Shown here piece after piece: positions 1 through 12,430 of a DNA stretch of 64,000 nt; position 1 is the stretch's first letter; every line of letters starts with the position of its first letter. The stretch is taken from NCBI GenBank assembly GCA_964016885.1, contig OZ024746.1:74152001-74216000 (forward strand), in the 5' to 3' direction. Made by a program: the position numbers and the translations under genes. The notes below the pieces were generated by a model. That model was given only the letters and a program-made list of their open reading frames with translations, was not told where the DNA came from and searched no databases. Origin of the DNA: Eledone cirrhosa. Lineage: Eukaryota.

Positions 1-1
1 C

Positions 2-592
2 CATGGCCCCACCCGGCCCGCCGCCCCTCCCGAACAGTCGTGCAAAGCGCCGTTGAAAGGCCGCGCTCATCCGCTCAGTTTCAAGGATCACGCGTCCATC
101 CTGGTCCTTCAAAGACCGAATCGTGGACTTGTTTCCACTTTTTGCCTCTGTCACTCGGGCCCAGCTAACAGCTTTGGCTCCCTCGTTACCCAGAGCACGT
201 ATTTTACTCCTGACAACGCAGCCCTCGTGCTTCGCATCAAAGAACTGGTCTAGGGCCGTTCTTGACGCCAGCACGCCGGCTACGTTGCCACTCCTAATCG
301 CCTCTTCTACTCTATTTGTTAATTCCCTTTCAGTTCTATTCCTATCTGATGCTAATTCCCGACTAAAACCTACCGATTCTATTCTAATCTCTCTCTTGAG
401 AGAGCCCCACCACCTGTTGTTGACAATTGCCCCCGTCAAACGCTGCTTAACTAGTGTGCTAATCCGCTTACTGTATGCTTTGTTTGTCGGTAAAGACAAG
501 TTTAGCTTCCAGTAACCGGGTCCCTGTCTATGAGTTCTATCAAGGTTGACCACTCCGGTCACCAACTTGTGATCCGAATAGTCAACCATGAG
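2..592 (-). mobile_element. L1/Tx1-clade LINE ORF2 fragment (end of APE endonuclease plus linker), running off the window edge
   Basis: Manual minus-strand translation is open for about 196 codons: MVDYSDHKLVTGVVNLDRTHRQGPGYWKLNLSL...RWWGSLKREIR...GCVVRSKIRALGNEG. SDH and GYWKLN are L1/Tx1 ORF2 motifs. Absent from the ORF track because no stop codon falls inside the window. Confidence 0.85.
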
Positions 593-1096
593 TCTTATAT
601 TAGATATAGAGAGTGAGATAAGAGAGGCGGTGTCTTGGTAGATATAGAGAGGGGTAGAGTTTGGTTTTAGTAGATACAGAGAGAGGGAGTAAAAGATAGT
701 TTTGTGTCATAGACGTACAGAGGAGGAGAGTTTGGTGGCACTCTCGGGTCCCAAATAATAGGAGGGATGGCAATAATGGGGGGAGGGGCGCTTGGGAAAT
801 CAGTAAGTGTATTACGTTCGTAAATATGGGATTCTTGTAATATTCTTCTTTTGTCATATATAATGTTTTTTTTGTGTAAAATAAAATTATTATTAGATTC
901 TCCAGCTGCTGTATCAATATGAATCACTTACAATAAAATTTCTCCGAGATAGATCAGCAAAATTTAATAAATGTGTTGGGAGTGACAAAAATCTGACAAA
1001 TTAATAAGCGTGGGTTAGGGACGATTATTCAAAACCAGAGAGTACGTGAATTATTGATGTAAGAATGAAAACTCAATACCGAAGTAGAGTTTAAAT

Positions 1097-1230
1097 ATTT
1101 ATTTATTATGGCTAAGCCTTGTTACTCTGGGGTCTCACCTGCGTACTCACCAGACAAGACTGGTGATCCTGTGAGTGCGCAGATGAAACTTTAGAGTTAC
1201 AAAGCTCACCAATAGCCATAATAAATGAAT
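1097..1230. repeat. Imperfect foldback containing two degenerate hammerhead motifs
   Basis: Arms atttattatggcta / tagccataataaat. Plus strand CTGGTGA-tcctgtgagtgcgcagat-GAAA-ctttagag-TT; minus strand cttgt-CTGGTGA...GAGA-ccccagag-TA-acaag. Confidence 0.55.
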
Positions 1231-1289
1231 GTATGTATATAATAGTGACGAAACATAAGTCAATTGCATGAACTTATAATCCTTTATTT

Positions 1290-1345
1290 ACTGCTATATA
1301 TATTTCGATGATAGCCATTGAATGGCTATGACCTCATCAGGCAGT
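1290..1345 (-). ncRNA. Type I hammerhead ribozyme (family A) in a small AT-flanked PLE-derived unit (~1233-1615)
   Basis: Minus strand: actgc-CTGATGA-ggtcatagccatt c aatggctatcatc-GAAA-tatata-TA-gcagt. 5-bp stem I, long stem II, palindromic stem III, followed by AATAAA. Confidence 0.85.
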
Positions 1346-1834
1346 CAGTCAGTTCTTAGATATGCCAGCTCTGCGTGAATAGTGTTGATGGTATCAGAGC
1401 CTTGGGACATATGAGCTTGTTAGGAATACTTTGATGTTGTCAGCAGGAATAGTCTTGATTCTCATTGGTCAGATTGTAGATGGTAGTAGGTTGGTATTTG
1501 ACCTATATAGGAGATGAATAAACTGGGTATAATACCAGTTCCTTACCAAATGCGAAGAAGATCGATATATTAACTCCTTAGCAAAGGGCACAGAGCATAT
1601 TTTTAAAACATTATATATATACACAGTGGCGGTGGAACTTGGCATGACACCCTCCAATAATAATATTTTCTCTCAAAACTTTCAAAACACATATCTATTT
1701 GGAGATGCGCTACAATTTATGTACTTGTTATGTTTATCGCATATCGAAGTTTTCTGATCACTTTAGAGTGCAAAGAACTAAACTAATCACTACAACTTTA
1801 TTGTCCAAATGACATAGAAGAAGAATCAACCTCA

Positions 1835-2220
1835 GTACTAGACTGGTACTTGTTTTATCGACCTCGAAGGGATGAAAGGCAAAGTTATCTCTGCCTGGAT
1901 TTGAACTCAGTGAGTATAGAGTCGAAATGAATATATATATATAATGAGGTCGATAAAATAAAGTACCAGTAATACACTGGGATAATTGCTGGCCTTGTGG
2001 TAAAAGTAGAAACAGTTATATATATATATATATAAGGGCAGTGGATTGGCAGTATCGGTAGAGGGTCGGACGCCATGCTTTGCAACATAGTTACGTCCCT
2101 TTACGGTCTGAGTTCAAATCTCGCCGAGGTTAACTTTGCCTTTCATCCTTACGGGGTCGATAAAATAAAGTACCAGTAATGCACTGGTAATTGCTGGCCT
2201 TGTGCCAAAAGTAGAAACAG

Positions 2221-2224
<4 letters not shown>
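1835..2224. mobile_element. Cluster of tRNA-derived SINE family 1 copies (partial - ~1835-1912; 3' end + ~1945-2020; full + 2036-2224)
   Basis: Box A-like tggcagtatcgg, box B gagttcaaatc, body gcctttcatccttacggggtcgataaaataagtaccag, tail ggccttgtgcc..gtagaaacaatt. More than 15 copies or fragments in the window. Confidence 0.9.
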
Positions 2225-2264
<40 letters not shown>

Positions 2265-2269
<5 letters not shown>

Positions 2270-2897
2270 ACCTCTATCTCCACCACTCACGTCCACTTCT
2301 TAGACATCTCCGTCGCCTTCGACCCACCACTCCCTCGTCACCTCCGCCTTCTTCAAACCCACCGACACCCACTCCTACCTCGACTTCACCTCCCACATCT
2401 TCACAGCCCCACCACTCCCCTCCTTCAAACGCGCACGCAATCTCCGCACCCTCCTCGTCCGCAGCTCCCTACCCCCCCGGTTCCCTTCCCTTTTCCAGGC
2501 CTCGCTGCAACACCTGTCCCCACATCACCAACACCACCACCTTCCAGGGTCCCAACGGCCACTCTCTCTCTCTGTCCGGCACGCCTTCCGCTGCACCTCC
2601 ACCAACCTAGTCTATGGACTTCGCGGCACGGAGTGTAGCGCAACCTACGCCGGACAGACTAGACGTCGCCTGGCGGACCGTTTTACCGAACACCTACGAG
2701 ATATTCGTCTCGGCGGTAGTTCCCCCATCGCCCGCCACTTTGGCTCCCCTGGACATTCCGGGCATCACCTCACAGTCTGTGGCCTGCTCCAATGACACGG
2801 TACACCCACCACCCTTCTCAAGGTCGAACAACGCATCATCTTCACCCTACAGACCCACACTCCCCCCGGCCTGAACTCGCCAACCCTATTCCTTTAG
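2265..2897 (+). pseudogene. PLE reverse transcriptase C-terminus, Cys linker and GIY-YIG endonuclease (frameshifted, internally deleted)
   Basis: Across frames: HVHFLDISV...FFKPTDTHSYLDFTS / FKRARNLRTLLVRS / RCNTCPHI / FRCTSTNLVY...TYAGQTRRRLADRFTEHLRDI...EQRIIFTLQTHTPPGLN. The Cys linker and the LxTxxPxGLN end are typical of Neptune-group PLEs. Confidence 0.9.
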
Positions 2898-4347
2898 CTT
2901 CGGACACCCTGTTCCCCCCACCACACACACGTATCCCCCACTAACACACTAACACACTCCTCCTTTTCATCGCCCACCCCACAACTAACAATACTAACAC
3001 CCCCACCCACCCCGACCATCCTCCCCAACTAACAATACTAACATCCTTGTCCCCCCTTTTCCCCTATCACGCGCACACCCACCGGTACATATATACACGC
3101 ACTCACACTAACCACACACCCTACTACCACCAATAACCCTCACCCACACATCCACTCACACCACCCCACAACTAATACCACTAACACCCCCCCGACCCCA
3201 CGCACACGAACACACACATCCACCCACACCCACTTACACCACCCACTCTACACATCCTACCACCACTGACCCCCCGCATTCAACCCTTTCCCCACCACCA
3301 GTATACTAACACCCACTAACACCCCCTTCACCACACACACACTCATCCAAACACGCACACACACACCAGTACACCACACTCCCTCCACCATCCCCCACAC
3401 CTCTCTCCTTCTCCCCGTTCCACCCACACCCCTTCACAGAAACACACACGCATCCCACTAATACCTCTATTAATACACGCACTTCCCCCCACACAAACCC
3501 CTCCCACTCCACCTTTCACACCTACCCATCCTCTCCCCTGTCCACCGCACCTCCGCACACACTGACACACCGACTTTCTCCACCTACCATTCTCCCTTAC
3601 TGCTGCAATGCCCTGACCCCCTGACCACCTCTCCGCACACACAGACACACAACGCCCCTCCTGCCTTGACCCTCTGACCACTTCCTGTTGCGCGCGCACC
3701 CAACATCTCCCCTCTTCCGACCAACCCAACCACGGATTACACACATTGGACCTTGCTCCCACGAATCAACTCCATCACAAGGAAAATATCCGGCAGCTCA
3801 CTACACCCTCTACGGAACTACCTTAGGAACTTACCCACGGACATACACTCACAAACATTTTTTATCCCACACGCTACATACATCCACAATACATATAAAC
3901 ACCACACACACGTGCGTACCCCCACATATTTACACACTCAGCCTCCTGAATCCTCTCTCCCCCTCCCCTACCCCTCTGACCCCTCCCCATCTACACACGC
4001 ACACATACACCGACCTACACCCCACCCACACACCTTTTCCTGAACATGGAACCCCGTTCTTCCCCCAACTCTCACATTCACATACAGACACACACACATG
4101 TACCCCTACACACACACACCACCTTTAGCCCTCCCCGCTCGGACACCACGCCTCCTTCTCCCCACTCCACCCGCCACCACCTCTACACGCCCTTCCACCA
4201 CTTGTTTATCTTCATGTTTATTTTTATTTTTTCATATTTATTTTCATTTGTACCACTTCCACAGTTTCCTCTCACCCCCCTTTTTTCTAAATGTCTCTCC
4301 CCCACTCCTCGACACACTCTTGGAACTCTCTTCCACACACACTTTTC

Positions 4348-4379
4348 GCCTGAAGAAGGGCTTATACCCGAAACGTCGT
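4348..4379 (+). ncRNA. Minimal type I hammerhead (family B)
   Basis: CTGAAGA-a-ggg cttata ccc-GAAAC-GTC. Stem III is reduced to palindromic ACGT and stem I is about 2 bp, as in the minimal HHRs described for PLEs. Confidence 0.75.
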
Positions 4380-4463
4380 TCCCCACCACCACCCACTCTT
4401 AAGAGCGTGGAACTAATAAACCTTTGTTCGTACTGCCTCTCTGTTTTGTTCCCGTTCCATTTT

Positions 4464-6351
<1,888 letters not shown>

Positions 6352-6353
6352 CT

Positions 6354-6427
<74 letters not shown>

Positions 6428-7471
6428 TTTCGCGAGCGTGTATATATATTTACAAACACACACACACGTATATGTAACAATGCGTGATCTCTTGTGTAAG
6501 TGTGTTCGTTGAACAGTAGATCAGCCAGAACAACCATATTTGTTCGGGTCTATTATTTTTAAAGCGTATGTGTATGTTTACACGCGTTTTTGTGAGTTTG
6601 TGTGTGTTTACGTGGAATTAATGATTTAGTCACTGTGTATGTATGTATTGTGTTTGCGTTTGCGTCGTGATTTTGTCACGGCGTCTGTGTGCGTGTGTGC
6701 AATATTGTCTGTGTGTTTATTTGTATGAATGTGTGATTACGTTCCGTGCAAAATCACTTTACACGTTATATTTACATGTAGTTCTATCTATGCATATGTG
6801 AGAGTATACTCCGAGAAGATATGTCAATGCACGTATTATTGTGTTCGTGTTTTCAGTTCGTGTTTATATGTGTGTGTTTTTACATCTGTGCTAGCAAGTT
6901 TCTATGCATTTGTGATTTCCTAAACAAATATGAATATAAATGTATATATAAATGTATCTATGTTTATATGTGTCTGTGTGTCTACTTATGTACTGTATTT
7001 CTATATGCAATCATACTTATAAAGGTAGTGGTGTTTATGTATATATTCGTATGTGTGTGTGCAACTAAAAGCTTCATGTTATGCGTATGTGCACGGCATG
7101 TACGTAAGCGTGTGATTAAAGTAACATACATGCACGAATCAAAGGTTTTTAATTATAATTTAGCCCTAGGCCAGCCCTACATAAGCATACCAATGCTGGA
7201 TGGCAATTCAGGCAGATGTGTCCAATCCTTCTCTCAAGATATTGGGTCTTTATCACAGGGACACCTTGAGTGTCTCTTCAGTTTCAAAAGGCATCATGGG
7301 GATTTTGACAAAAGTGGCTGCTGTTACAGCACGTCTAACTTATGTGGAAAGAATAATTTATTAGCGAATGATCTGAGTGTATGTAGCTTAGCAAACATCA
7401 TTTCTGTAGAAAAAGTGACAGTAACATCCAAGTCTCGGCTCTGGTGATGCTATTTCGAACCTTACTTTGGA

Positions 7472-7551
<80 letters not shown>

Positions 7552-7624
7552 TTATTTGCTTCTAAGAGTAAGAGTGATGTTGACCTTATTTATTAACAGA
7601 AATAACAACAACAACAACAGAATA

Positions 7625-7983
7625 AGGTGCACGAGGGCTGATAAGGGTAGAAAACTCTGTGAAGATAGAGGTAGAGAACTTAAGGAACGGTGGTGCTGAT
7701 AGTGAAGAGGTACTCATAATATCTCTATAAGGAGAAGAGATGCTAAATGAAAGAAGAAAAATAATGAAGTTCTCAAAACTAGAAAGCAACGATATGAGCA
7801 GAAAAGCATACATGGAAATTCTTACCAAAATACGTAAGGATATCGAAATGAGAAGATATTCCATTGGCTAAAAAGAAAGTTCTGAAGAGAAAGGGGCAGA
7901 GGGCTGAATCTTAGCCACGCAGAATAAGACAATCAGAATAAGACAATCACAATAAAAATATAAACGAGGAAGACACCCAAACT
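7625..7983 (+). mobile_element. Decayed R4/Dong-like (RLE-type) LINE, part 1
   Basis: GARGLIRVENSVKIEVENL...SEEVLI...AEG*ILATQNKTIR resembles the GGRGL...ETEGLIxAAQDQAxRT post-RT region of R4/Dong elements. Confidence 0.55.
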
Positions 7984-8183
7984 CAGTGGCGGACGGGGTC
8001 TAAAAATATTGGTCGCCAGTAGATGAAGGGGCCCACCTGAATATAGAATGCTATCATTCAATTTTTGTAATGAATAAATAACATTTTGAAAAATACATAA
8101 GTGGAAACAAAACAGTGCAATCAAATATTTGCGGAAAAATATTATGTATGTTGCGAAATCCAGAGACTTTGAATAATGACCAG

Positions 8184-8616
8184 AAGTCGACCCTAAATAT
8201 TACTAATAGCTCTAGGAAAGCCATGAACAAAACCACTTGGATTTTGGAAGTAGGTTTATAATTATGAGTTTTCATTATACTTTCGTAGCTGTCTCGGTGG
8301 CCTAGTTGGAGGAATCATAGACCCTGGTTATCCTGGTCTGCAGTTCGATACTGGTCGGGAGTAAGGTTCCCGGTAAACCTTTTTAGTATTTTGGGGGTTG
8401 CAAAATAAAAACTGAAAAAAAGGTTACATATACCTCTTGACCAGGATTGAACCCGAGGTCAGGATCTCAATCGTACCTACCACTAGTCCACAGAGACAAC
8501 TACAAGAATATTATTAAATTCATACTTATAAACCTACTTTCAAAATTTTCAAAACAAAGTGTTGTGGTGTCGTTCATGTCTTTCTTAATGTTATTGCACC
8601 TAATTAAGGTCGACTT
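8184..8616. mobile_element. Foldback element with two convergent tRNA-like (Pol III A/B box) heads
   Basis: Diverged inverted arms (aagtcgaccctaa / ttaaggtcgactt; aagtaggtttataa / ttataaacctactt). Plus head ggtggcctagttgg...gttcgatac at ~8285-8362; minus head gtggactagtgg...ggttcaatcc at ~8432-8503. Confidence 0.65.
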
Positions 8617-8669
8617 TCAATAATGACCTTTGGTCTTTCACACTCACTCAATATATATATGTTTGTGCG

Positions 8670-8700
<31 letters not shown>

Positions 8701-8785
8701 ATATACATATATATTTATACACCACTTTCACCACTAATTCAACCCATTGATACTATATACTATTTGGTCAGTAGTTCGTGTGTAA

Positions 8786-8826
<41 letters not shown>

Positions 8827-8839
8827 TAACAGATTGAAG

Positions 8840-8886
8840 TTTAAGCAAAGAATCGCTGCTTTCACCCTTAACGAGATCTTCTGAAA
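8840..8886 (-). ncRNA. Hammerhead-like motif with CAGAAGA core (family G) in a 100-bp AT-flanked unit (8821-8922)
   Basis: Minus strand: ttt-CAGAAGA-tctcgttaagggt-GAAA-gca gcgattctt tgc-TT-aaa. Same family as 48554. Confidence 0.6.
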
Positions 8887-8920
8887 GACTTTGGGTTTTA
8901 GTCTTCACATTTATTATTAT

Positions 8921-8985
<65 letters not shown>

Positions 8986-9400
8986 TATATATATATATAT
9001 ATACGTATATTTATATACTTACACACGAACTACTGATCAAATATATATATATATGTATATATATGCTTGTACTTCTGTGTCTATATATGTATGTTTGCAT
9101 GCATGAACGAATACACTAAGCTTTAGATTTAGTAGAATGTACAACCACTGATTCCAGCTATTTGAACTATCGTATATTTTGGTTTCTATTAATTCCCTGG
9201 GGAATTGGTTGGCCAAATGCTTTGCTTAATTGTTTTATTTATTTAAAAAGAAATGTTGTTCTTTCTCTTAGATTTCAGGTATTTTTTGAAAGCAAAGCTT
9301 TGGTGCCTAGAATACTACAGTGGGCCCAGCAATGCTACCGTGGAGCACCTGGAGCTCACTTGCCATTGGGCAACCTGGACAGTCCGCTACTGCCCAAACT

Positions 9401-9690
9401 GTAAGTAGAAGGTGTGGCGCATGGGGGTCTCAGAGTATAAGAGGCTTGCTTAAATATACTATAACAACTGATGAGTCGTCATTGTTGATAACTTATATTA
9501 GCGAACGTGTATAAAGTTTGAGTATGCGAAGAAATGGTATGACCTGAACATGTCCTTGAAAATAACCATGTAAAAGGATCAGGACATGAAGATTCAAAGG
9601 GATAAGCAAATGGAACATTCACACCAAGTTATTATTTCACACAATAAAGGGAAGAGAGTTGTCGCAAATTTGTTATCCACTCAATTATAA
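9401..9690 (+). mobile_element. Decayed R4/Dong-like LINE, part 2 (zinc knuckle/RLE region)
   Basis: Across frames: RRCG...KKWYDL / EHVLENNHVK / DMKIQRDKQMEHSHQVII matches WYxHxP..VLEN...WD..IQTDK...HxRPDI. Resumes right after the hAT TSD. Confidence 0.6.
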
Positions 9691-9921
9691 TGGGATAAGT
9701 AGGGACAGTACATAGATATTTATATTTCAAATTAACATATATTCCCATTGCGTCTAAAGTCAACCGTTGTTTACATTTATAACTACAGGCTTAAAATCTT
9801 CTATATAGACTGAATAGGTGGCCAGCATCCTTTTAGTCTAGAGAGATACAGAGTCTGCTTCCTCGAAGACGATTGTTTCCCCTTTTTTCCGTATCGAGGT
9901 GGTATTCACAATTACTATGTA

Positions 9922-10150
9922 TATAATTGTTTCTACTTTTGGCACAAGGCCAGCAATTATCCCAGTACATTACTGGTACTTTATTTTATTATTTTATCGA
10001 CACAGTAAGGATGAAAGGCAAAGTTAACCTTGGCGCGATTTGAACTCACATCATAAAGGGCCGTAACTCTTTGCTGCAAATGTATATAATTGTTTATACT
10101 TTTGGCACAAGGCCAGCAATTAACCAGTGTATTACTGGTACTTTATTTTA
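9922..10150 (-). mobile_element. SINE family 1, partial tandem copies
   Basis: ataattgtttctacttttggcacaaggccagc occurs twice; box B gatttgaactc. Confidence 0.85.
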
Positions 10151-10594
10151 CAATTATTATCATGGTCATTTGCATTGTGACGCACACATATATACACTCC
10201 ATATATAAATATATCCTTCCTATTCCTCCAACTGATTTACAATAAAGCACAGTCCCCCTCTACACACACTCAGATACATACATATATGTATGTATATATA
10301 TATATATATATATATACACATAATAGTGCTCACAAGCTATCTTACAGATATTGTATTTAGCAGTGACATTTCTTTTTATATGGTGAATATTATATATTGC
10401 GTTGCTTTTGTCTGTATGCGTTGTAAATACATTAGTTTCGCTTTGTAAACTTGTAGGCTATTCATATAGAGGTTATTCTCTCCTCTCCCAGGTGACATAA
10501 CACTTGGGTTGATCGACGTAGGCGACGCCACGTTGACATTGAAAGCAGGAAAATGTATTACACGAAAAAGGAAAATGAATATATATATATATAT

Positions 10595-10771
10595 GAACGA
10601 GTAGGACCCCGACGGCTGAGCTCAATCCGTTTCGACGGCTAATTCTGGACGAAACGGCTTGAGCTCAGCCGTCGGGGTCCTACTTGTTCATAATACCCAC
10701 TCTACTAGCCTAAGTATTGAGTACTTTGGTGCGTTATGTTCCATCTGGTTCCTTACCACATTTCCTTCGTT
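10595..10771 (+). mobile_element. Family F AT-flanked unit: palindromic HHR 3' half plus tail
   Basis: Inverted arms at 10595-10689; GAAAC-ggct tgagctc agcc-GTC-gggg. Same family at 24130 and 44758. Confidence 0.75.
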
Positions 10772-10820
10772 ATATATATATATATATATATTTATAAATA
10801 TAAATAGATAGATAGATGGT

Positions 10821-10863
10821 TTCTACGGGACAAGAACTGTTTCATCCGGAGGTAATCAGGATT
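10821..10863 (-). ncRNA. Degenerate hammerhead (family E)
   Basis: Minus strand: tc-CTGATTA-cctccggat-GAAA-cagttcttgtcccg-TA-gaa. Confidence 0.5.
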
Positions 10864-11019
10864 ATTTCCTTCGAATATAGAAGCTCATGTCGTTGCTTTC
10901 TATCTTAAATTTAATGTTTACACACTTCTAATGTATTCAGTACCACACACATACACACACATATCTATCTATCTATCTATCTATCTATATATCTATCTAT
11001 CTATATATCTATATCTATT

Positions 11020-11205
<186 letters not shown>

Positions 11206-11223
11206 ATATATATATATATATAT

Positions 11224-11379
11224 GTCTCTCCACCACTCTCCTACACACCTTTTGAACTCTCACCTGAAGAAGGGCTTATGCCCGAAACGTCGTCCTCCAC
11301 CTACCCCCCACTCTCCTGAGCGTGAATTTAATAAACATTTATCGTACTGCCTCTCTGTTCTGTCCCTGTTCAATTTTTC

Positions 11380-11382
<3 letters not shown>
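11224..11382 (+). mobile_element. Solo family B PLE terminus with minimal HHR (11262-11293)
   Basis: ac-CTGAAGA-a-gggc ttat gccc-GAAAC-GTC-gt; homologous to ~4290-4467; flanked by (AT)n. Confidence 0.85.
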
Positions 11383-11412
<30 letters not shown>

Positions 11413-11595
11413 TAACTGTGAATCTAAAATTGGGAAATATATTGTGGATTATATTTAAAGAAAATTTAAATTGGCATATAGTTTTAATTTTTTTAGTAAA
11501 TACTTTGAAATGAAGGCTCATACCTGAGACAAAGTCAAAAAGTCAAAATGTATTGGGTGGTTGTGACGGGAGATACAAGGGGGCAGTGTACATCA

Positions 11596-11783
11596 TAATT
11601 GTTTCTACTTTTAGGCACAAGGCCAGCAATTACCCAGTTCATTACTGGTACTTTATTTTATCGACCCCGTAAGGATGAAAGGCAAAGTCAACCTCGGCGG
11701 GATTTGAACTCAGATCGTAAAGGGACGTAACTGTGGTGGAAAGCATGGCGTCCGACCCTCTACCGATACTGCCAATCCACCGC
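11596..11783 (-). mobile_element. Full-length SINE family 1 with 17-bp TSD
   Basis: TSD gcagtgtacatcataat at 11583-11599 and 11782-11798. Confidence 0.92.
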
Positions 11784-12129
11784 AGTGTACATCATAATGA
11801 ACATGAAACAATAACAGACAAACTATTGTAATAAATATACAATAAATATACAATAAATGACAATTGCGAAATTTTGTATTAGACAGACAAATGTACAGGA
11901 TCCTTTAGTTATGTCCTCGATCGTGTTCGACATAAAAAAAAAACATTTGACCATAGATCAGGCTGCAGACAGAAGACTATCGTTCCTTGTCAACTGATGA
12001 ACGACTAATTAGAGGTGATCCCTGCATGGACAATGTGTACCTGTGTTAAAAATATCCATTTGTTTACACTCATATGAAGACACACATAGACACACACACT
12101 CTCTCTCTCTCTCTCTCTGTCTGTCTATC

Positions 12130-12172
<43 letters not shown>

Positions 12173-12189
12173 TATATATATAAATGCAG

Positions 12190-12430
12190 TGATGGGCTGA
12201 ATGCCTGATGAATGCAAGGTCGTGAGTTCAATTTCCGACAGCGTGTTCTGTCCTTGAGCACAATTTTATTTTTATTTCATGTAGCTGCAGTCCACTCAAC
12301 TGGAAGAAATATGTTGGACGTCTATTTCTATAGGTCAGTGTTGTTGCACATTGTATCACTGAATCTCCCTGAGAATTCAATTGAGGGTACATATGTCATT
12401 CACACGAAATTCATCAGCAAGCTTTTCCTT
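12190..12430 (+). mobile_element. tRNA-derived SINE family 2 (diverged)
   Basis: gtgagttcaatt...tgtccttgagcaca...gcagtccactcaactg, a V/CORE-like central motif. Confidence 0.6.

Larger units (their letters stand above)
7984..9392. mobile_element. Non-autonomous hAT DNA transposon
   Basis: TIRs CAGTGGCGGAC (7984) and GTCCGCTACTG (ends 9392), subterminal GGGCCC, and an exact 8-bp TSD CCCAAACT at 7976-7983 and 9393-9400. Confidence 0.9.

Noticed and set aside
2793-2795. In-frame TGA aligned to Cys (TGC) of the second Neptune copy, suggesting selenocysteine as reported for some Naiad PLEs
   Set aside because: The copy also has frameshifts and deletions, no SECIS was recognised, and a single C>A nonsense change explains it.
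7255-7285. Minus-strand CTGAAGA-gacac tcaag gtgtc hairpin
   Set aside because: No GAAA, stem III or UH follows, so it was not counted as a hammerhead.
9272-9400. Apparent 129-nt coding exon (polypyrimidine-AG ... GTAAGT; FQVFFESKALVPRILQW...)
   Set aside because: It is the right end of the hAT element (TIR ending 9392 plus TSD 9393-9400); the donor-like sequence belongs to the resumed LINE remnant.
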